Source: Candidatus Syntropharchaeum caldarium
GTDB lineage: Archaea > Halobacteriota > Syntropharchaeia > Syntropharchaeales > Syntropharchaeaceae
Direction: 5' to 3'
DNA: 32,000 nucleotides
NCBI GenBank assembly: GCA_001766815.1
Contig: LYOS01000002.1
Location: 1 to 32,000, forward strand
Shown here: in pieces, positions 26,308 through 32,000 of the stretch
How the letters are laid out: the number at the start of each line of letters is the position of its first letter
How positions within the stretch are numbered: position 1 is the stretch's first letter
Made by a program: the position numbers and the translations under genes
The notes under the pieces: model-generated
The model's database searches: none
What the model was told of the DNA's origin: nothing
The model's input: the letters and a program-made list of their open reading frames with translations, nothing else

Positions 26308-27432
26308 ATGATTAAAAATAATTGGCTTGAAAAGATATTGAAAGAGTGCGGAGAACAAAAACAAAAAGAACTCCATGAATTAAGAGGAGAGCCTCCGAAA
26401 TTTACCTTTAGAATTGAGAGCGGAAAAGAAAGTTTCGGTTTTAGAATTGATCTCAGCGAATTAATAGACAAGTTCTACACACCAATTAAGCTTTTAGAAA
26501 GAGCACAAAGTGGAATATCAAATCTTTTAACCGCATTAAATTTAAATTTTGAGATGAATTACGTAGTGAAAGGGCTTTCGGGTGAATACATTGTTCCCTT
26601 TTATCTAAAGGATGAGGAACGACAAGTTATATTTACTCCTGCTTTATTTCCTTGCATCTTAGAAGCTTTTGGTTTTCCGTCACCCCAATCATATAATGCA
26701 TTTTTACCTTTTCTGACTTTGGAGTTTTTCAAATACATAGATATAATGAATGCTCAAGAAAAACCAACGATTATGGCTTTTTATGGGATTACTAACTTCA
26801 CAGAGGTTGCAAATGTAAACTTCCTCGAATTTTTTGAAGCCACCTTAAAAGACAAAGGTATTACTCCTAGTAAAGGAGATATACAGAAATCAATGAAAAA
26901 CGAGGGAATTTATGGGATTGATATTAAAAATATGTTTGAATCATATGGCATTCCTAGAATCGATATAAAACTTAAGGATGCATTGAGAATGTCTATTTTA
27001 TCTCCAGATATCTCTGAAAATAAAAGAGAATTGGTAGGATATTGTGTAGAGTTAGATCTACCCAGATTTCTAAATCCAACCATTTTAGATTATTCTTTAT
27101 ACGCCACTCACAAATATGGAGAGATTAAACCTGAAACGTTGGGCGATTTTATAACAAAGGGGAAATCACTCGGGCATACACCCTCATCTTCAAAACGATT
27201 GCCGGACATTACTCCTAAAAAAGCAGAGAAAGATCCCTTTGATTTGATGGAATACTTAAAACAAGAAGAAATGGTTGTAGAAGCGAGAGGGAAATATACG
27301 CTAACACCAGAAGGTTTAAGACTAACAGAAATGGAAGTTTACGGCAAACCTCCTGAGTCAACCCTTAGAAAGGTATGGAATATTATAATGAACGCAAAGC
27401 GTTTGATACCATTCCTAAAGTTTATTCAATAG
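26308..27432 (+). CDS. hypothetical protein with probable C-terminal winged-helix domain
   Basis: 374 aa. GGTGAGG SD at 26296-26302. C-terminal DPFDLMEYLKQEEMVVEARGKYTLTPEGLRL looks MarR/wHTH-like. No family recognised for the N-terminal ~300 aa. Confidence 0.6.
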   Translation: MIKNNWLEKILKECGEQKQKELHELRGEPPKFTFRIESGKESFGFRIDLSELIDKFYTPIKLLERAQSGISNLLTALNLNFEMNYVVKGLSGEYIVPFYLKDEERQVIFTPALFPCILEAFGFPSPQSYNAFLPFLTLEFFKYIDIMNAQEKPTIMAFYGITNFTEVANVNFLEFFEATLKDKGITPSKGDIQKSMKNEGIYGIDIKNMFESYGIPRIDIKLKDALRMSILSPDISENKRELVGYCVELDLPRFLNPTILDYSLYATHKYGEIKPETLGDFITKGKSLGHTPSSSKRLPDITPKKAEKDPFDLMEYLKQEEMVVEARGKYTLTPEGLRLTEMEVYGKPPESTLRKVWNIIMNAKRLIPFLKFIQ

Positions 27433-27451
27433 CTATGAGAATTGCACCACA

Positions 27452-27542
27452 TCGCCTAACCGGCTCATATCCGACTTCGCTAACGTTTCGCCCAAATCCA
27501 GCAATGCTGAACTTCAGTTCTGCTCAAAACCCTATCGAAAAT
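27452..27542 (+). repeat. copy 3 of the ~90-nt conserved structured intergenic element
   Basis: Blocks in order: TCGCCTAAC, GGCTCA, CGCCCAAAT, hairpin CAGC-AAT-GCTG (27499-27509), ACTTCA, then a 26-nt tail ending TCGAAAAT. Confidence 0.85.
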
Positions 27543-27767
27543 CACGAAAAAAGTTTTTAAGGGTACGAAAGTGTGTGTATAGAAATGTTATATATACCAC
27601 TACATTGTCTATTATATAAATACACGTGAAGTTCACAGTTCTCAATCCAACTCTGTGGGAAGTGGGGAAAATGTGGTCACTAGATACGCACTTTGAAGAT
27701 ACACGCCAGTACATATTCTGGTTGGTTAAACGAGATAAAAAGATCAGGAATCGAAGGAGGGGGTTAC

Positions 27768-30764
27768 ATGCTGGCTGTTAAATTACGAGAGGAAATAGCC
27801 GATGCTAAAAGTGAAGCGCAATTAGTTAGAAATATCAACCCTGTAATATCATGGGATGATTTCAAACCTCCTGAGGGACCGGATATCCCTGCCCAACTGG
27901 GTGGATTAGAGGGAGATCCTGAGTGGTTTTTTTCTCATACATATCCAACAAGTGTAATCAAGGAGGTTTTAGAGGGTATAAAAGAGAAAATTGAGGGTGT
28001 TGGTCCAGGAGTATTTCCATTAGATGGGTATCTCGGTTCGGGTAAATCCCACATTCTTTTGACATTATATCACATATTCAGGCACCCAGAGGAGGCATTA
28101 TCCTGGTTTAAAAAATGGGGTATAGACTTTCCTGAGATAGAGGATACAATCGTAATCCCCGTACCCCTTCAAAACGTTAGCTACAAAGACTTATGGTCTC
28201 CATTCTTTAAAGCGTTGGGAAAAGATATCGATGTAGAAGAGGAGGACTGGCCTAAGCCTAACCAGATAAAAAAAGCTGTGGGAGATAAGAAGGTTCTAAT
28301 GTTGATCGATGAAATTGATAACTGGTATGATGCGAAAAGCAGCCAAGAAAAAGCAAGGGTTCGAGGGTTTCTACAGAGCCTCTCGGAGACCTCCGAGGAT
28401 CCTGATTACCAACTAAAACTTGTAACAACTTTCTTGGGGTTATCCTCAGATGTTAAAGTATTGAGAGATATCGTTGCCCGTCCACGCGGAGGTTCTTCAA
28501 TAGTCATGCAAAGGACCGAGGACATATTTGATATCGTTAGGTTCAGATTGTTCGAGGTTACTGATGATGCCGAGATAGAAAAGATCATTTTGGAGTATCT
28601 TAAAAAAATAGGCGAGAAGCTTCGCAAAAAGGGGTTAGATGAAAACTCACATCTAAGGGATGAGCTGAAGAGGGCATATCCGTTTCATCCATCTTTCCTT
28701 AGAACTCTAAGCTCCCTCAAAGTACGGCAGATGCTTGTGATGTTAGCCAGAGTTGTAATGAGGAAACTTGATAAGGTCGATCTAATAATAGCCTCGGACC
28801 TTGATGATGACATCTTGAGGGACTACTTGCATTCTGCAAATCCTAAGATCGTGGATGCGTACTTTGAGGATATCCGCTTTGTTCAAAATACAAGAGAAGT
28901 GAAGGATGGGATAATTTCATTTGACCTGGCAAGGGCCATACTACTTACTTCCATGCTTAATACCACAGAGACCAAAAAAGGAGCAGATATCAAGGATATA
29001 ATCTTTGGTTGTAGCCCAAAATATAAGGTTCAGGACATTGACGACACAATATCATTCTTAGAGAAATGGACGAGACTGAAAAAGATTGAAGAAGATGGGA
29101 TAATAAGATATGTCATAACCACTGAGCTTCCGGTTGCAGTTAAAATCGAAAGAAAAGCCCAATTAATATCTGCTGATGATGCCCTGAACAGAATAAAACA
29201 GCTTGTAGAAAAAACGGTTTCCTCAGAGATCAGAGGCTATAAACTAATCTATGATCCATCAGAGATCACCAATGATAAAAGGTTAAAGATCCTCACACTC
29301 CTTGAGAAGCCATTGGATCTCTCTTCCGTCTATCCGTCTGACTTTACCAACAAAAATACGCTTTATCTTTTGTATCCAGGTTACAGCCTGAAGAGCGATG
29401 AGACGATCAAGCTTGCTAAGCGGATTATAGCAAGTAGTGAACTTGCAGAGACCGAGGAACAGAAAGAACCCTTTAAGGATTTCCATAAAGAGTATATGAA
29501 GCATCTAAAAAAGCAGATAGACAATGCTGGGTGGAGAGGGTTCAGATGGTTTAGAAAGAACCTAAAAGATAGACCCACCCCGGATGAAAGGACGATTACA
29601 AACCTTAAAGATGTTGATGAGGTCATCAAGAACTATGCCTCAAAAGACCTATTGAAGTACTTTTTGAACATGGTTCTGGAAGAACAGAACGAGATTTCTC
29701 TACGAGACCTGAAGGAGAGGTTTTACCGGCTCGAAGGTGCGCCCATCCTTCTAAAGGATGAAGACCTATTATCATTACTGGCTGAAATGGAGAAAAATGG
29801 AGAAGTAGCCATTAAAACCAAGCAGGGGAGGACATTATACAAAGAGTCCATATCTCCTCAGATTGTAGGTAACGAGGATGTAATCGAAAAACCACCTGAA
29901 ACCGCTGTGCCACCCACAACAGGTGACGTTGCTACACTGGTCAAGGATAAGAAGAAGTTACATTACAAGGAGTATGCGAGTAGATATCCATTCATCGAGG
30001 AGGGGGTTCTTGAGAAGGTTTACATCTCATCCATCAACCCCAAAGATGGGATATTTGCTATAGAGGAGAACAAGGTAGTCAGTAGGCCCACAAACACAAA
30101 ATTAAGTGCCCTTGCAGTAAAAGAGGAGGCTGCAAAGGTATTAGAGCCGTTAGTTCTCAAGATTGTTAATGAAAAAATTGCCATCAAATTACCTGAGTTG
30201 AGCGAGATATTAAAAGAGACCTATGGAAATTCTGGCATAACAGATGATCTCGTCCTGATGGCAAGCGATAATCTTGAGATAGGTACCCAGGTGCATATAC
30301 TGAGGAGGAAAGATGCGGTTGTAGTTCAGCTTCCTGAGGAGAGATTAATAGATGAAGTCAAGAAAAAGATATTCTTTGAAGTGAAAAAGGAGGGTGAGAT
30401 CGATAAGGAAATCCTTATCGAGGAACTATCTAAGAGAATACCCACAGAAAAGAAGACGTTTGATGATGCTATCGCATACCTCATAGATGATGGAAAGTTG
30501 GAGTTTGATAAAGAGTCCGATAAGCTCTCATTACCAAGGAAAAAAGATAAACCAGTAAAGCCAAAGAAAAGGATCATTATTAAAGAAGAAGGAACGACGA
30601 GTGAGATAATAAATAAAATAGGGGAGATAGTGGAAGAGACTGACATTATAGAAGATGTCAGGATAGAGATTGTCAAGGACCTGTCTGCAAAAGAGCTCAA
30701 GGAGCTTCTTGAGAGAACCGGCGAGATGAGTATAAAGTTAATGGCCAGGAGAAAGGAGATATGA
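27768..30764 (+). CDS. brxC: BREX BrxC/PglY-like P-loop ATPase (DUF499 family)
   Basis: Walker A LDGYLGSGKSHILLTLYHIF and Walker B VLMLIDEIDNWY. DUF499-type AYPFHPSFLRTL motif. About 1000 aa with a K/E-rich C-terminal third. ATG 27768 follows GGAGGGGG (27755-27762); the track start 27693 is an upstream TTG. Confidence 0.8.
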   Translation: MLAVKLREEIADAKSEAQLVRNINPVISWDDFKPPEGPDIPAQLGGLEGDPEWFFSHTYPTSVIKEVLEGIKEKIEGVGPGVFPLDGYLGSGKSHILLTLYHIFRHPEEALSWFKKWGIDFPEIEDTIVIPVPLQNVSYKDLWSPFFKALGKDIDVEEEDWPKPNQIKKAVGDKKVLMLIDEIDNWYDAKSSQEKARVRGFLQSLSETSEDPDYQLKLVTTFLGLSSDVKVLRDIVARPRGGSSIVMQRTEDIFDIVRFRLFEVTDDAEIEKIILEYLKKIGEKLRKKGLDENSHLRDELKRAYPFHPSFLRTLSSLKVRQMLVMLARVVMRKLDKVDLIIASDLDDDILRDYLHSANPKIVDAYFEDIRFVQNTREVKDGIISFDLARAILLTSMLNTTETKKGADIKDIIFGCSPKYKVQDIDDTISFLEKWTRLKKIEEDGIIRYVITTELPVAVKIERKAQLISADDALNRIKQLVEKTVSSEIRGYKLIYDPSEITNDKRLKILTLLEKPLDLSSVYPSDFTNKNTLYLLYPGYSLKSDETIKLAKRIIASSELAETEEQKEPFKDFHKEYMKHLKKQIDNAGWRGFRWFRKNLKDRPTPDERTITNLKDVDEVIKNYASKDLLKYFLNMVLEEQNEISLRDLKERFYRLEGAPILLKDEDLLSLLAEMEKNGEVAIKTKQGRTLYKESISPQIVGNEDVIEKPPETAVPPTTGDVATLVKDKKKLHYKEYASRYPFIEEGVLEKVYISSINPKDGIFAIEENKVVSRPTNTKLSALAVKEEAAKVLEPLVLKIVNEKIAIKLPELSEILKETYGNSGITDDLVLMASDNLEIGTQVHILRRKDAVVVQLPEERLIDEVKKKIFFEVKKEGEIDKEILIEELSKRIPTEKKTFDDAIAYLIDDGKLEFDKESDKLSLPRKKDKPVKPKKRIIIKEEGTTSEIINKIGEIVEETDIIEDVRIEIVKDLSAKELKELLERTGEMSIKLMARRKEI

Positions 30765-31675
30765 TAGAGATCGCCGGGGGTTCAATAAAGATTAACGACG
30801 TAAGCAAACTCGTTCATGGTAACCCGATAGATGGAGTATTTGAATCCTTAAACGATATATGGAGTCATGCATGGTTCAAAGACGATGAGTATTATCCCCT
30901 CGGGGAGGAGCTGGCATCAAAATTCGAAGAACAGGTTTTCAATCTTTATCCTGAGATATACGATTGTATATTAACAAATGCAGAAAGGAGCGATAAAATA
31001 AGCGAGGTACTTTCAAAGCCCCGGTATTGCCTTGTTGTAATGGATGGAATGAGTTTAAGAGAGGTTTTGCCATTATTGAAGGAATTTAAAAAATATGGTG
31101 AGGTCAAATACAGATATGCATACTCAGCAATCCCAAGCGAGACGGAATTTTTTACGAGACGACACTTTAACACAGCATCCCCCTCCCAAATAAAATCCAG
31201 CGAAAGATATCACTTTGTCCATTTGCAAAGGGAGGATGATATCGAGGATATACCTTCAGACAAAGATAAGTTGATAGCCTGGTCAACATACCCAGATTCT
31301 ATCTTTTCCCAATTTAAAAGTGGTTTTGAAACCCAGGACCTCAAAGAGGTCTTCAATAAGACGAAGGATATTCTACTTAGGTTACTTGAGCACCTATCAT
31401 CCTCTAAGGAAATCATCATCACATCAGATCATGGATATTTTGTCGATACATTCTCGTGGAAGGGCTTGGATGACTTTCCAAGCGGGGAGAGATACTCGTT
31501 CAACATTCCAGAATCACTTAAGAGATACTGTAGGCAGTTCGATGACTACTGGATACTTGTGGGAAGGTACAACACGATAAAGCGGGGGAAGTACACTCAT
31601 GTGAGACATGGGGGGCTGTCATTCCTTGAGACGATAATACCCTTCATTGAAGTAAAAAGAGAGGGAGGAGAGTAA
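30761..31675 (+). CDS. pglZ: short PglZ-domain (alkaline-phosphatase superfamily) protein
   Basis: PglZ core motifs CLVVMDGMSLRE, IIITSDHGYF and VRHGGLSFLETIIPF. ATGA start/stop overlap with brxC. Only 304 aa. Confidence 0.8.
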   Translation: MIEIAGGSIKINDVSKLVHGNPIDGVFESLNDIWSHAWFKDDEYYPLGEELASKFEEQVFNLYPEIYDCILTNAERSDKISEVLSKPRYCLVVMDGMSLREVLPLLKEFKKYGEVKYRYAYSAIPSETEFFTRRHFNTASPSQIKSSERYHFVHLQREDDIEDIPSDKDKLIAWSTYPDSIFSQFKSGFETQDLKEVFNKTKDILLRLLEHLSSSKEIIITSDHGYFVDTFSWKGLDDFPSGERYSFNIPESLKRYCRQFDDYWILVGRYNTIKRGKYTHVRHGGLSFLETIIPFIEVKREGGE

Positions 31676-31676
31676 T

Positions 31677-32000
31677 ATGCCATACATTGAAAGAGATTTC
31701 CCAATCGAGCCGATCGATGAGATCGCATGGAGCGAGAGCAATGCTAGAAAACCTATATATGAAATGCATAAATGGTTTGCAAGAAGGGTCGGGAGTACAT
31801 TTAGAGCCTTAATACTTGGAACTTTCCTTGATGATGATCCAATGAAATATTATTACAGAAAAAACGAGCTGAAGAATGGAGAGGGAAAGCCACCGATCGT
31901 GCTTGACCCGTTCATGGGAGGGGGAACCACGATCATAGAAGGTCATAGATTGGGCTGTAAAATGATTGGTGTTGACATTAATCCTTTAGCATGGTTTATT
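31677..32000 (+). CDS. DUF1156-domain DNA methyltransferase (BREX PglXI-like), 5' partial, continues beyond the window
   Basis: Absent from the track because it is open-ended. Translation: MPYIERDFPIEPIDEIAWSESNARKPIYEMHKWFARRVGSTFRALIL...VLDPFMGGGTTIIEGHRLGCKMIGVDINPLAWFI. The DUF1156 H-W-(W/F)-A-R-R signature is followed by SAM-binding motif I (DPFxGxGTT). The ATG lies 1 nt after the pglZ stop. Confidence 0.85.
   Translation, partial: MPYIERDFPIEPIDEIAWSESNARKPIYEMHKWFARRVGSTFRALILGTFLDDDPMKYYYRKNELKNGEGKPPIVLDPFMGGGTTIIEGHRLGCKMIGVDINPLAWFI

Noticed and set aside
25348-27542. Canonical integron attC sites / gene cassettes: each element begins with a match to the R'' core RYYYAAC (ACTTAAC, ACCTAAC, GCCTAAC) and follows a single ORF.
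   Set aside because: The expected complementary R' box GTTRRRY is not conserved (GTTATGC, CCTAGGC, CCTATCG). The centre of the elements is conserved in sequence, unlike attC sites. I see no element upstream of ORF1, no attI, and no adjacent divergent IntI-type integrase. I keep this only as something to test with HattCI or the attC covariance model.
25348-27542. CRISPR array or CRISPR-like repeats.
   Set aside because: The repeats are ~90 nt and only about 60-70% identical. They are separated by 0.7-1.1 kb protein-coding ORFs rather than 30-40-nt spacers. No cas genes are present in the window.
25348-27542. Type III toxin-antitoxin (ToxI-like tandem ~35-nt RNA repeats preceding a toxin gene).
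   Set aside because: The internal ~33-nt subunits are very degenerate, whereas known antitoxin RNA repeats are near-identical. None of the adjacent proteins shows a ToxN/AbiQ-like size or motifs that I can recognise. This cannot be excluded without structure or profile searches.
25273-27560. Track ORFs 25273..25455 and 27375..27560 read through repeat copies 1 and 3 and give similar peptides (..LTLRPNFARRNF.. / ..LTFRPNPAMLNF..), suggesting a repeated small protein.
   Set aside because: In copy 2 the hairpin is 1 nt shorter, so the frame changes after CGCCCAAAT (..LRPNFPMGTS..) while the nucleotide blocks stay conserved. The stem changes are compensatory at the nucleotide level. The ORFs also begin inside the upstream genes. 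Conservation is at the nucleic-acid level, not the peptide level.

Overview
Archaeal chromosomal window in three parts. I cannot name the taxon from sequence alone. (i) 1-15.3 kb is ordinary core genome: an ArsR regulator with an ABC-2 exporter, an isolated A-type ATP synthase K/C gene pair, rpl39e-rpl31e-aIF6, CarS, an AT-rich putative oriC with ORB-like motifs next to orc1/cdc6, archaeosortase, a Taw2/Trm5-type tRNA enzyme, GlyRS, an amidohydrolase and an OCD-family dehydrogenase. (ii) About 15.3-24.1 kb is a plasmid-like element inserted directly after tRNA-Thr(CGU). It carries a tyrosine integrase, an RHH protein, wHTH proteins, a prim-pol/SF3-helicase replication protein, a Zn-ribbon protein, and one polypeptide fusing a GHKL ATPase to a Toprim/Spo11-like module (Topo VIII-like), apparently with a 5' frameshift. 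(iii) About 24.2-32 kb is a visibly more AT-rich defence-type island. It holds three single ORFs: a PD-(D/E)xK nuclease, a helical protein of unknown family, and an unknown protein with a C-terminal wHTH. Each ORF is followed by a homologous ~90-nt element containing a hairpin that keeps its pairing through compensatory changes. A BREX-like operon follows (DUF499 BrxC/PglY, a very short PglZ, a DUF1156 methylase) and runs off the window. The best candidate for something undescribed is the three-ORF array with its structured repeats, including anti-SD/SD pairing that suggests serial translational coupling. All family assignments are by motif recognition only; no searches were run.
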